Source: Octopus bimaculoides (lineage: Eukaryota). From it: DNA of 45,114 nucleotides. Position numbers and translations under genes: made by a program. Shown one piece after another: positions 10,391 through 21,679 of this stretch (the first letter of the stretch is position 1; every line of letters begins with the position of its first letter). The stretch covers positions 120,525,105-120,570,218 of the forward strand of contig NC_068983.1 in NCBI RefSeq assembly GCF_001194135.2, written 5' to 3'. The notes beneath the pieces are model-generated. The model was given only the letters and a program-made list of their open reading frames with translations. It searched no databases and was not told where the DNA came from.

Positions 10391-11220
10391 TAATCTTCGA
10401 ATTTAACTATCTCCAGTTTATCATTTCCCCAACACAGTTCACCAATATGCGTCTGAAAGTCATACCATGCCCCACGTCTAGTCAAGACACATAAAACAGA
10501 TGTATGATGGTGGATGTTGCAGCGTGGTTATGACTATTGTAAAATGGTGGTGGCTCTACTGGAATGGAAATGAATTTATTGCAGAGGTAGAGTGGTAGTG
10601 TTTACAGCAGTGAATCACACTCCTTTCTACTGGCATCTACCGTCTCGATTAAGTGCACCAAGGACTTTAACCAAGTACTTACTGTAGAATCGGTGATAGA
10701 GTGTGAACTGAGGATATCCGACTGATACCTTTTAACTATTTAGAAAAAAAAAAGAGAAAGAAAAAACTGTGTGTGTGGAGTTGCATATTATCTGATAATT
10801 ATTTCGTACGAAGTCAATCACATAATATCACACACGTCATGAAATGTGAAAGAAGATATGAGATGGGAAAAGTTATCAAGCTTGGTTGATGTGGTATCAG
10901 TTGCGGGTTATCAATATTGTTGATCACAGACAGGCGCCAATCACTCACACACTGAATCAGTGTGCTCGCACTGATAATGAGAAATTGAGTCAACACGGTT
11001 GTTTGCATTTGGCTGGGATTAATTTAGTGTAGTTCATCATGAATTATTCATGATTGTGAGAGATTTCGTATGATCCAATGTTTGTAGTGTCAGTCAACAT
11101 TGTCAAAGAATGGGAAATGAAAAAAAAAAAGTCTAAAAACAGAAAACGAGTAAGAAATACTTTTCGATCACTCGCGCATTGTTCCATTATTTTTTTTTGT
11201 TTAAATTTTTTTTTATGTAG

Positions 11221-11294
11221 CAAGGCATGTGAAGGAATATTGTGGCAACATCATATTTTAGCCGCAAATCATTCATTGACTAATTGAAAGAAAG
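11221..11294 (+). other. Candidate 74-bp non-coding exon
   Basis: A long T-rich tract ends in TATGTAG at 11220 and the donor AAG|GTAAGT lies at 11294/11295. All three frames contain stops. Confidence 0.4.
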
Positions 11295-11384
11295 GTAAGT
11301 TGACGTTTCTCAAAATATTTCTATGATTACCTATCAACCTACGTATTTACGTACCTACTTATCTGCATATCTTCTTATCTACTA

Positions 11385-11385
11385 A

Positions 11386-11425
<40 letters not shown>

Positions 11426-11520
11426 GCTCTTTCCTACCTACCTACCTACCTACCTACCTACCTACCTACTACCTACCAACCTACCTACCTACCTACCTAC
11501 CTATCTACTTACCTACATAC
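11385..11520. repeat. (CTTT)n then (CTAC)n tetranucleotide repeats
   Basis: Directly visible. Confidence 0.93.
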
Positions 11521-11599
11521 CTTCTTGATACGCTGAATAGCAATGTTGTATAATGCTACTCACATAATGTTGCAATTTTCATAGGATACCAACAATATA

Positions 11600-12500
11600 A
11601 AAGCATGCTCTAACAGATATTGAGTGAGAAAGGTGCTAGTATATCAGTGATATTTGTTTTGTGGATAGTGAAGAGACAAAATTTAAACCTCGGCCCAGCG
11701 ATATTTGAAGAGATTACCTAAAGGGGTTATTTGTCTACAACCGTTTCAGATTCATTTGACATAACATACCCTCCATGGGAATGAGGTATGTTGTTGCATA
11801 TTTCTATAGACTGATATAGAATGCTGTTGAAACAGAAGACCCGAACAGTGAGTTATACAGTGCATTATTTAGGGGTAATGGAAGGACACCCACAAGACGT
11901 GTCGCTATGGTGTGTTGAAAAGTATAGAGAAGGTTTGTACTTGGCACATGTGATTGTAAGCAAGGAGAAATACTTACGTAAAAAATGAAGCTTTAAAAAG
12001 AAAAACGAGTGGTAAACATCGTATCTTTATCTGTTGATGAGTTATTTACGAGACCATACTGGTTGATGAGTGGCGAGTAGATGTATTTTGCAAATTTATT
12101 ACAAGTCCTTTTCACAAAAGGAAGTCTACCTCTTATTTAGAAGGTGAAAGAGCTTGCAGGCTACGCAATGCATGAATGTGTTAGTTATTTTTATATAGTC
12201 ATCAAATAGTCATTGTTAAATTGCATAAAAGGCTTCCAGTTGGTTATGATGGGTGCATTTTAGAAGTTGTAGGTGATATTATTAATGTGTACTTCTAAAC
12301 TACAACAGAATAAACCACATGGAAATCTTAGAGGTTGTGGACTTTTTGTTGTATGAGGGATATAGAGCGATATAGAAAGTTAATAATCACCTACCTATCG
12401 GACTGAGATGGATTGTTGTAAAGTTTATTTTCTACCAGGAGTACATCAGTATACAAGTGATGAAGTTCTAAAAGCTAGCTGAATTCAAGCACTCCAGGTT
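11600..12500 (-). mobile_element. Possible very old Penelope-like RT remnant
   Basis: Only a weak motif echo (FCFNSILYQSI, similar to FxFNxxxYxQ). No continuous frame. Confidence 0.25.
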
Positions 12501-12954
12501 TCAGACTGGTTAGGCAGTGATCGGATGAGGACAGAGACGGTGTTGACTGAGTAAATACTGGATATAGAAGTAAAGAAGAGTTCAAGAGTGTTTGGATTAT
12601 TAGTGTGTCACTAATGAATATAGGTAAGTGAAGTGACTGTGTGGAGGATGCAGATAGTTCATAGCGGAAAAAGCATGGCCGCTGCACTAGCAAAGGAACC
12701 ATAGATTCATAAGATTGTTTTTGTGTATTTGAACTGGAACCAGTCAGAAACTGAGGAATATATATCACAAAACATCGAATCAAACTCTCCACTAACTACG
12801 CCATCTGAACTATTGTTTTTCTAAAAAAACAAAACAAAAAAGAAACAAAAAAAAAAACAACAAACAAAAACTCAAACAATATTTGCCCCTTGTTCCTTCG
12901 AATTCATTTTGAAATATCAAAAGACAAGTGAAATAATATCCATCATGCAGTTCA

Positions 12955-13017
12955 AGGCGGTGAGCTCGCAGAAACGTTAGCACGCCGGACGAAATGCTTA
13001 GCGGTATTTCGTCTGTC
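12955..13017 (+). mobile_element. SINE family A 5' head, interrupted just before the B box
   Basis: GGCGGTGAGCTCGCAGAAACGTTAGCACGCCGGACGAAATGCTTAGCGGTATTTCGTCTGTC, followed by unrelated sequence. The left TSD lies at 12935-12954. Confidence 0.9.
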
Positions 13018-13100
13018 GTGAGTTTACTGGTCGGACGTGTTATTTCTCGCTGCGATTTTTTTTAGTATAACGCCACTATTTTTTGGTGGGCGTTGCTGAG

Positions 13101-14622
13101 ATGGAGAAAATGAAGACGTATGCAGCAGCGACGGGGAGTCGAGCTTCCGTCGTCCTAGGCCTGCTGAAGCAATATGAAATACATTGGAATGAAGACATGG
13201 CTGAGAAAATTGAAAAATATAAAGAAATGATAAAGAAGGAGGGGCCAAACGTAAAGTTGACCCCATCAGAGGAGGAAAAGACGAAAATGGAAATTGGAGT
13301 CGTGGAATANNNNNNNNNNNNNNNNNNNNNNNNNNNNNNNNNNNNNNNNNNNNNNNNNNNNNNNNNNNNNNNNNNNNNNNNNNNNNNNNNNNNNNNNNNN
13401 NNNNNNNNNNNNNNNNNNNNNNNNNNNNNNNNNNNNNNNNNNNNNNNNNNNNNNNNNNNNNNNNNNNNNNNNNNNNNNNNNNNNNNNNNNNNNNNNNNNN
13501 NNNNNNNNNNNNNNNNNNNNNNNNNNNNNNNNNNNNNNNNNNNNNNNNNNNNNNNNNNNNNNNNNNNNNNNNNNNNNNNNNNNNNNNNNNNNNNNNNNNN
13601 NNNNNNNNNNNNNNNNNNNNNNNNNNNNNNNNNNNNNNNNNNNNNNNNNNNNNNNNNNNNNNNNNNNNNNNNNNNNNNNNNNNNNNNNNNNNNNNNNNNN
13701 NNNNNNNNNNNNNNNNNNNNNNNNNNNNNNNNNNNNNNNNNNNNNNNNNNNNNNNNNNNNNAGCTGCCTAACGAGGACAAACTGGACATAATGTTGGAGG
13801 GGAGACCTCCAAAGTGCTACGAATGTGGTAAAAGAGGTCACATTAGAAGAAGGTGCCCAGAAATAATGGAAAACAAAGAAATGGAAACGCAAGAAGGCGT
13901 GATAGAGGAGAAGAAACAGTCACAGGAAGAGGAGCAGATAGCTGATTTTGAGAAAGCTAAATCAAGGAAGAGAGAAAGGAGGAGTTCATCGCCGAAAGTC
14001 GAACAAGGGAAAAAATGCAAATCACAGGATCAAGTGGGATCACTGAGGAAAGAAGATAATAGCAGCAAAACATTACTACAGAATCATACAGTCTCACAAT
14101 CGCAGACAGACAGACAGATACACAGATGCATAAACACACAGACATACATACACTGGGAAGCGAAGAAGATAACGCAGAGTTACAGAAACCTAAAAGCACA
14201 GAACCTGAAAACACAGACACATAAACACAACATGCAGACTTACAGTCACACAAACATACAGAACCACAGACAGATAAACACACAGATATACAGTCACAAA
14301 GAAATATAGAACAGACGCATGGTAATACAGAATCACAAAAACAAAAAAGAACAGACATACAGACGCAGGAGGTACATAGGAACGGCATATATTTGATGTC
14401 ATATCAATACACACAAAAAATAGAGAAGATATCCAAAATAAAAGACATTGTCAAAGTGGACCTCTCGGACCGTTGCGATAAGGAGGCGAGATGGATTTTA
14501 ATAGAAAAAGAAAAGTATAAAAAATTAAAAGAGGCTTTCCCGACAGATATAAACCCACTGGGGCCCGAGGTGAATTTCGAACCCAGCGCTCCAGTGGTGA
14601 ACTACGAGGAAATAAAAGATTA
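13101..14622 (+). pseudogene. Gag-like / LINE ORF1-like protein with CCHC zinc knuckle, about 500 codons, disrupted
   Basis: ATG at 13101 (MEKMKTYAAATG...), then a 452-N gap, then CYECGKRGHIRRRC (CX2CX4HX4C) at 13815-13856 and a K/E/R/S-rich linker. The sensible frame shifts near 14070, has one TAA at 14222-14224, and continues to ...VNYEEIKD at the next gap. Confidence 0.7.
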
Positions 14623-15407
14623 NNNNNNNNNNNNNNNNNNNNNNNNNNNNNNNNNNNNNNNNNNNNNNNNNNNNNNNNNNNNNNNNNNNNNNNNNNNNNN
14701 NNNNNNNNNNNNNNNNNNNNNNNNNNNNNNNNNNNNNNNNNNNNNNNNNNNNNNNNNNNNNNNNNNNNNNNNNNNNNNNNNNNNNNNNNNNNNNNNNNNN
14801 NNNNNNNNNNNNNNNNNNNNNNNNNNNNNNNNNNNNNNNNNNNNNNNNNNNNNNNNNNNNNNNNNNNNNNNNNNNNNNNNNNNNNNNNNNNNNNNNNNNN
14901 NNNNNNNNNNNNNNNNNNNNNNNNNNNNNNNNNNNNNNNNNNNNNNNNNNNNNNNNNNNNNNNNNNNNNNNNNNNNNNNNNNNNNNNNNNNNNNNNNNNN
15001 NNNNNNNNNNNNNNNNNNNNNNNNNNNNNNNNNNNNNNNNNNNNNNNNNNNNNNNNNNNNNNNNNNNNNNNNNNNNNNNNNNNNNNNNNNNNNNNNNNNN
15101 NNNNNNNNNNNNNNNNNNNNNNNNNNNNNNNNNNNNNNNNNNNNNNNNNNNNNNNNNNNNNNNNNNNNNNNNNNNNNNNNNNNNNNNNNNNNNNNNNNNN
15201 NNNNNNNNNNNNNNNNNNNNNNNNNNNNNNNNNNNNNNNNNNNNNNNNNNNNNNNNNNNNNNNNNNNNNNNNNNNNNNNNNNNNNNNNNNNNNNNNNNNN
15301 NNNNNNNNNNNNNNNNNNNNNNNNNNNNNNNNNNNNNNNNNNNNNNNNNNNNNNNNNNNNNNNNNNNNNNNNNNNNNNNNNNNNNNNNNNNNNNNNNNNN
15401 NNNNNNN

Positions 15408-15472
15408 TGGGATCGATCTAATCGACTGGACTCCTCCCAAAAATTTCGGGCTTTGTACCTGGAATAGAAAAG
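15408..15472 (+). mobile_element. SINE family A 3' tail (type c) closing the interrupted SINE
   Basis: TGGGATCGATCTAATCGACTGG...TAGAAAAG, followed by the right TSD at 15473-15492. Confidence 0.85.
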
Positions 15473-15732
15473 AATATCCATCATGCTGTTCACTTGTCTT
15501 ATACTCTTCCCTCCGCATAGAAAATATTTAAAATTGAAACGTGACAGACAATAATTTTCGAATGAAATGAAAAGTACTTTCAGTTCTAAATATACAGCTA
15601 ATTGAAAAGACATACATTATTTTATACTTTTTCTGCTTGTTTTAGTTGTATTTCCAATTTGAAAAAATTATAAACTGCGAAACTAATTGAAACAGAAACG
15701 TTGTATGTGTGTATTTGTGTATGTGTATACTC

Positions 15733-15734
<2 letters not shown>

Positions 15735-15763
<29 letters not shown>

Positions 15764-15797
15764 TGTATGTATGTATGTATGTATGTATGTATGTATG
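15735..15797. repeat. (TATG)n microsatellite
   Basis: Directly visible. Confidence 0.95.
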
Positions 15798-16454
15798 CAT
15801 TGAGAACCCACTCATCGGCTTCGTAATATAGATATCACATATAGACGTAAGCATTCACATCGATTAATTCACCCAAACACGCACTGATTTTTCTATACGT
15901 CATTAATCATGTTTTCTTCTGTCTCCTATAGTTGTTAACCATGATGTGACTAGCGTTATAATCACAATGACGTCAGTACATCCTTTAGCTCTCCTAACCA
16001 CTACTACAACGACTACTTTTTCGTCGCTATAACCCACACTAGAACGATACAATCCGTATCACAACACTATATACCCCCATAATAGCACTATATCGCACAT
16101 AATAGCACTACAACCCACACATCAACAATACATTTCTCACCACAGCACTACATCCTTCGCTTACATCTTTGTAAAGAACATCATTTCAACGAAACAGATG
16201 TGTCCTACTTTTCTCATTATTTCCCTGACTCATTGATTACCAATTTAAAAATCTAACTGCTTTACTTCCGTTTCGACATCGTTTACGTTTAATTTTCATT
16301 CTCTTATAAATTAATACAAAACTGTTGATAGCAGATTTGAGACGGCGGTGAGTCTCATCCTTTAGCATTATGCCTATGGTTAAGGCACTTTACTATACAC
16401 AGTCCTGTCCACCTAGGTACCAAAATGTAATACTTTTCATTACGTTATGTCCAT

Positions 16455-16613
16455 AGTGTGGCTGTGTGGTAAGTAGCCTGCTTACCAACCACATGGTTCC
16501 GGGTTCAGTCTCACTGCGTGGCATCTTGGGCAAGTGTCTTCTACTATAGCCTCGAGCCGACCAAAGCCTTGTGAGTGGATTTAGTAGACGGAAACTGAAA
16601 GAAGCCCGTCGTA

Positions 16614-16670
<57 letters not shown>

Positions 16671-16885
16671 TTGTGTGTCTGTCCCCCCAACATCGCTTGA
16701 CAACCGATGCTGGTGTGTTTACGTCCCCGTAACTTAGTGGTTCGGCAAAAGAGACCGATAGAATAAGTACTAGGCTTCCAAAGAATAAGTCCTGGGGTCG
16801 ATCTGCTCGACTAAAGGCGGTGCTCCAGCATGGCCGCAGTCAAATGACTGAAACAAGTAAAAGAGTAAAGAGAGAGTAAAGAGTA
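16455..16885 (+). mobile_element. tRNA-derived SINE, family C, with CORE-like block and internal (TA)n(TG)n
   Basis: A-box-like TGGCTGTGTGG, B-box-like GGGTTCAGTCTC, TTGGGCAAGTG block, internal microsatellite at ~16612-16680, and tail GACTGAAACAAG(TAAAAGAG)n. Confidence 0.85.
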
Positions 16886-17357
16886 TAGTAAAAATCTGTA
16901 ACTGCCATCAGGCTAATTCGCCGAGCCGTAAGCAACACAGTGTGTTATAATTCATTGCATTATGTCAATAGGCCACTTCATTATAAGTCGAAGCAACAGC
17001 TTGGTAGAGTTGTGTTGTGCATAAACAAGATATTTAACAACCAACAGTCAAATCTACCAGTTTCGCACATATATAATAGTGATATAGTTCAAATAGCAAC
17101 CAACAGTTAGACTCATCTAGTTGTAATTAAACACCATCGGTCGATATGTTGGGCTGCAAGTTAATTTCGTTTCAGTTTTCTTTTTATTTGGATCTCCATC
17201 ATCATATGTATAAGAAGAGGTAAAGATATTTTATAACAAGGACGTTCTACGATGCCGGTAAAAGTATTTGTTAGTCATGCACATACCTTCATAAATTGTT
17301 GAAAGTGAAAGTCTTTTTAAAGTCTGTGTTGTGTTGTCTACATGTTGAAAGGCACAG

Positions 17358-17398
<41 letters not shown>

Positions 17399-17551
17399 CT
17401 CACACGCATTCACAATCGCACACAAACAACAAAATATAGCTATATTATGCATGTACATATAGTTTTATTTTGAAGTGTGTTGTGTTGACAGACTTGCACT
17501 TAAAATTCACGCGTTTTTAATTAAAACTTGTTAGTTTCTATGATGACAACA

Positions 17552-17552
<1 letters not shown>

Positions 17553-17645
<93 letters not shown>

Positions 17646-17735
17646 GGCTGTCTGCCTGTCTGACTGTCTATCTGTCTGTCTGTCTGTCTGTTTGTTTGTC
17701 TATCTTTCACACGTTCGCACGCGCGCGCGCACACA

Positions 17736-17830
<95 letters not shown>
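17553..17830. repeat. (TATC)n(TGTC)n and (GC)n(CA)n compound microsatellite
   Basis: Directly visible; another (CA)n run lies at ~17360-17397. Confidence 0.95.
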
Positions 17831-17831
<1 letters not shown>

Positions 17832-18189
17832 AACAGAGCTAAATCACTACGACAAGAATATTTTTCGTGTCAATTCAAATAACATTGGAAACAATTAGAA
17901 TAGATGAAAAATACCACAAAAAACGAACGAATTTATCTGACAATCCAATAGTTCACAAAAATGTATCTAGCAACAACAATCAGAGCTAGCTAGGCATCAC
18001 ATTGATATTCCACAATACTGTGTCTATCGCTAAGGCAGTCGATATCCAGTGCCTCTAGCTGTTAGTAGATACCATAGTGTGGTTTAAATAACCACTGTAA
18101 TCAGCAGCGGCGGCGGTGGCACTGTGGTATTTAGGAGTGATTTCATTATAAGTAGTTTCGTGCTAAATTTCTCTCACGGAGAAAAGTTA

Positions 18190-18412
18190 CTTGTGTAGAT
18201 CAGTGACAAGTTCGTGCCGATTTTTAAAGGAAATAAAAAAGTAGATAAATACTTACCATTACATTTTTAAGCAAACAAATATGAACCATTTTGTTGCACA
18301 ATGCGTCTCCATCTTGAAAATACCCGCTTCTCACAATTGAGGTGGTTTCATGACAAATAAGTCGAAAGGTAAGCTACTATAAATCGGCACGAACTTTCCG
18401 GACAACCCAATA
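18190..18412. mobile_element. Mariner-type MITE of about 220 bp
   Basis: Perfect 16-bp inverted repeats AAGTTCGTGCCGATTT (18208-18223) and AAATCGGCACGAACTT (18381-18396). The right end ...CCGGACAACCCAA+TA resembles a mariner TIR with its TA target; the left terminus is eroded. Confidence 0.7.
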
Positions 18413-18471
18413 TTTTTCACTCGTTGGTGATGTCCTGTACACAATGTGTATTTTTCATTTCATTACACACC

Positions 18472-18517
<46 letters not shown>

Positions 18518-19065
18518 NNNNNNNNNNNNNNNNNNNNNNNNNNNNNNNNNNNNNNNNNNNNNNNNNNNNNNNNNNNNNNNNNNNNNNNNNNNNNNNNNNN
18601 NNNNNNNNNNNNNNNNNNNNNNNNNNNNNNNNNNNNNNNNNNNNNNNNNNNNNNNNNNNNNNNNNNNNNNNNNNNNNNNNNNNNNNNNNNNNNNNNNNNN
18701 NNNNNNNNNNNNNNNNNNNNNNNNNNNNNNNNNNNNNNNNNNNNNNNNNNNNNNNNNNNNNNNNNNNNNNNNNNNNNNNNNNNNNNNNNNNNNNNNNNNN
18801 NNNNNNNNNNNNNNNNNNNNNNNNNNNNNNNNNNNNNNNNNNNNNNNNNNNNNNNNNNNNNNNNNNNNNNNNNNNNNNNNNNNNNNNNNNNNNNNNNNNN
18901 NNNNNNNNNNNNNNNNNNNNNNNNNNNNNNNNNNNNNNNNNNNNNNNNNNNNNNNNNNNNNNNNNNNNNNNNNNNNNNNNNNNNNNNNNNNNNNNNNNNN
19001 NNNNNNNNNNNNNNNNNNNNNNNNNNNNNNNNNNNNNNNNNNNNNNNNNNNNNNNNNNNNNNNNN

Positions 19066-19683
19066 CTAGGGACCAATTCTATAGGTTTTTACTCCGCTTT
19101 AAATGCTTTGCAACGTTTGTTTTTGAAAGTAGTGGTTTTCTGATTGCAGCCCTCTCGTGAAGTTCGGTTTTGTGCAGCTCCCGGCGAACAGTTTTTGTGG
19201 AAACTGGGTTCTCGAGATGGTCATTAAGCTCTGTTGTAATTGCGGGAGCTGTACTTTTGTGATCCTTTCTAACAATTTGCGTAAGAGTCCGACGGTCCCT
19301 ATCTGAAAGTTTTGGTTTTCTTCCGGAGTTTTGTTTTGACGAGAAGGTTTTCCCACTTTTCTCAAAGGCTGTCATTACTTTCGAGACAGTTGATCTTTAT
19401 ATACCAAACATTTCGGCTGTTTTCGTTACGCTAGCGTTTGCCATATGAGCACCAACAATTTGACCTCTCTGACAGTCCGACAGATCTGTCAGTTTAATGA
19501 ATTTTAATTACCTTTTTCTGATGATATCTGGAAAGAAACAGCAATTTTAGCCCAACATATTAAGCAACACTAATAATAAATGAAAAAATATAAAAATAAA
19601 CAAGCTTTTGATGGTTTTATAGGTACTTCAAAATTATGATGGTATGATGCTAGGTGTTTCTATTATTTTGTCCAGCCCCTGTA
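19066..19683 (-). mobile_element. Tc1-like DNA transposon, 5' part (TIR plus N-terminal HTH of transposase), inactive
   Basis: TIR GTGTTTCTATTATTTTGTCCAGCCCCTG+TA ends at 19683. The minus frame reads DLSDCQRGQIVGAH...SGRKPKLSDRDRR...VSTKTVRRELH...AAIRKPLLS. The start codon reads CTG, there is an internal stop, and the rest is lost in the N gap 18518-19065. Confidence 0.9.
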
Positions 19684-19699
19684 TGCAGTAAAATGTGAT

Positions 19700-20010
19700 A
19701 CAGCAGGACCATAAAAGGATATGTCACGTGACCATGATCGGCCAAACAATCGGATGTTGTTATATATTGCTGGTCACAATGCACTTTGTATAGTTTTAGT
19801 TTCTGAATGATACTATCTCACTGGCTAGGTGAGCGGGTTAACGTTCCCCCTGATCGGAAGGCTAGTACCTGGGAGGGTCACTCATTTACAACTGAGTTGA
19901 CTGGAGCAGCGTGCAAATGAAGTGCTTTACTTAAGAACAGAACGTGCAGCCCGCCTGGGAATGGAAACCACGAACTCACGATCGTGAGTGCAACACACCT
20001 AACCACTGAT
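19700..20010 (-). mobile_element. tRNA-derived SINE, family D
   Basis: Reverse complement reads CAGTGGTTAGGTGTGTTGCACTCACGATCG...GTGGTTTCCATTCCCAGG...GCTCCAGTCAACTCAG. Boundaries are approximate. Confidence 0.65.
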
Positions 20011-20012
20011 GT

Positions 20013-20162
20013 ACTTTCAGTTTCCACCTACCAAATCCGCACACAAAGCTTTGTTTGGGCCAAGCTAAAAGAAGACATCTGCCCACGGTGCAAAGCAGTG
20101 CGACTGAATCTAGAGCCAAGTGGTTGGAAAGCAAACTTCTTGCTACGCAGCCAGGCCTGCAC
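20013..20162 (-). mobile_element. SINE family C 5' half
   Basis: The reverse complement matches the head and core of 16455-16610 (...GATTTGGTAGGTGGAAACTGAAAG). Confidence 0.8.
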
Positions 20163-20569
20163 CTATATGTGTTTTGTCAGAAATAACTGTGTTTTACTAA
20201 ACCAAAGAATGAACGTAACTTTATTGGAAAATCACTGTAGCGTCCATGCAGTCCAAAAACGCAAGCTTTACCTTACTCACACACGATGCTGTTATAATGA
20301 ATCTCATGTTCTTTTTCATCCACTATTTTTCCTTCGATCTATGGACACTTATATGGAAACAAAGGAAACGAGCACTATGAAAAAGGAAGAGAAAGTATAT
20401 ATTTTCTTTTCACTCATACGTAAGCATCAACGGACAGAGAAATACAAACCAATTGTGTGATCAAAAACGGTTTCATTCTTCACCGCCATTGCTTATTTTT
20501 TGTACTTATGCATACACTTCCGTCCAATGCCGATCATATTGGTACATGAATTGGTGCAGGAAGTCCGCC

Positions 20570-20799
20570 ATTTTCTCATCATCATCATCATCATCTTTGT
20601 CGTCATCGTTACCATCGCTCCCACCATCACTGCCTTCGTCGACGTCGTCATCACCATTAAAAACAACAACAAAAACAATGACATCAATATCGGCAATAAT
20701 AACAAAATGATAACAAAAAACAAAAACAACATTGTCATTCGAAGTATGACGATCAATATTTCCTTATAAACGTCATTGATACATACATAATACATACAT

Positions 20800-20885
<86 letters not shown>
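20570..20885. repeat. Degenerate (CAT)n/(AAC)n, then (TACA)n(CA)n
   Basis: Directly visible. Confidence 0.9.
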
Positions 20886-21590
20886 TTCTATATCTTCGTC
20901 TTCTAAAATTCCCAGACAAAATATTGAGAATGGTGTTTTTCATTAATATCTATAGAAATAACATATTATTTATNNNNNNNNNNNNNNNNNNNNNNNNNNN
21001 NNNNNNNNNNNNNNNNNNNNNNNNNNNNNNNNNNNNNNNNNNNNNNNNNNNNNNNNNNNNNNNNNNNNNNNNNNNNNNNNNNNNNNNNNNNNNNNNNNNN
21101 NNNNNNNNNNNNNNNNNNNNNNNNNNNNNNNNNNNNNNNNNNNNNNNNNNNNNNNNNNNNNNNNNNNNNNNNNNNNNNNNNNNNNNNNNNNNNNNNNNNN
21201 NNNNNNNNNNNNNNNNNNNNNNNNNNNNNNNNNNNNNNNNNNNNNNNNNNNNNNNNNNNNNNNNNNNNNNNNNNNNNNNNNNNNNNNNNNNNNNNNNNNN
21301 NNNNNNNNNNNNNNNNNNNNNNNNNNNNNNNNNNNNNNNNNNNNNNNNNNNNNNNNNNNNNNNNNNNNNNNNNNNNNNNNNNNNNNNNNNNNNNNNNNNN
21401 NNNNNNNNNNNNNNNNNNNNNNNNNNNNNNNNNNNNNNNNNNNNNNNNNNNNNNNNNNNNNNNNNNNNNNNNNNNNNNNNNNNNNNNNNNNNNNNNNNNN
21501 NNNNNNNNNNNNNNNNNNNNNNNNNNNNNNNNNNNNNNNNNNNNNNNNNNNNNNNNNNNNNNNNNNNNNNNNNNNNNNNNNNNNNNNNNN

Positions 21591-21606
21591 CACCACCACC
21601 ACCACC

Positions 21607-21679
<73 letters not shown>
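21591..21679. repeat. (CAC)n(CAT)n microsatellite
   Basis: Directly visible; abuts the 3' end of a minus-strand LINE. Confidence 0.95.

Noticed and set aside
13083-14309. The 408-aa ORF as one intact host zinc-finger gene
   Set aside because: Frame continuity across the 452-N gap is unverifiable, the natural frame shifts near 14070 with a later stop, and it is intronless inside a SINE.
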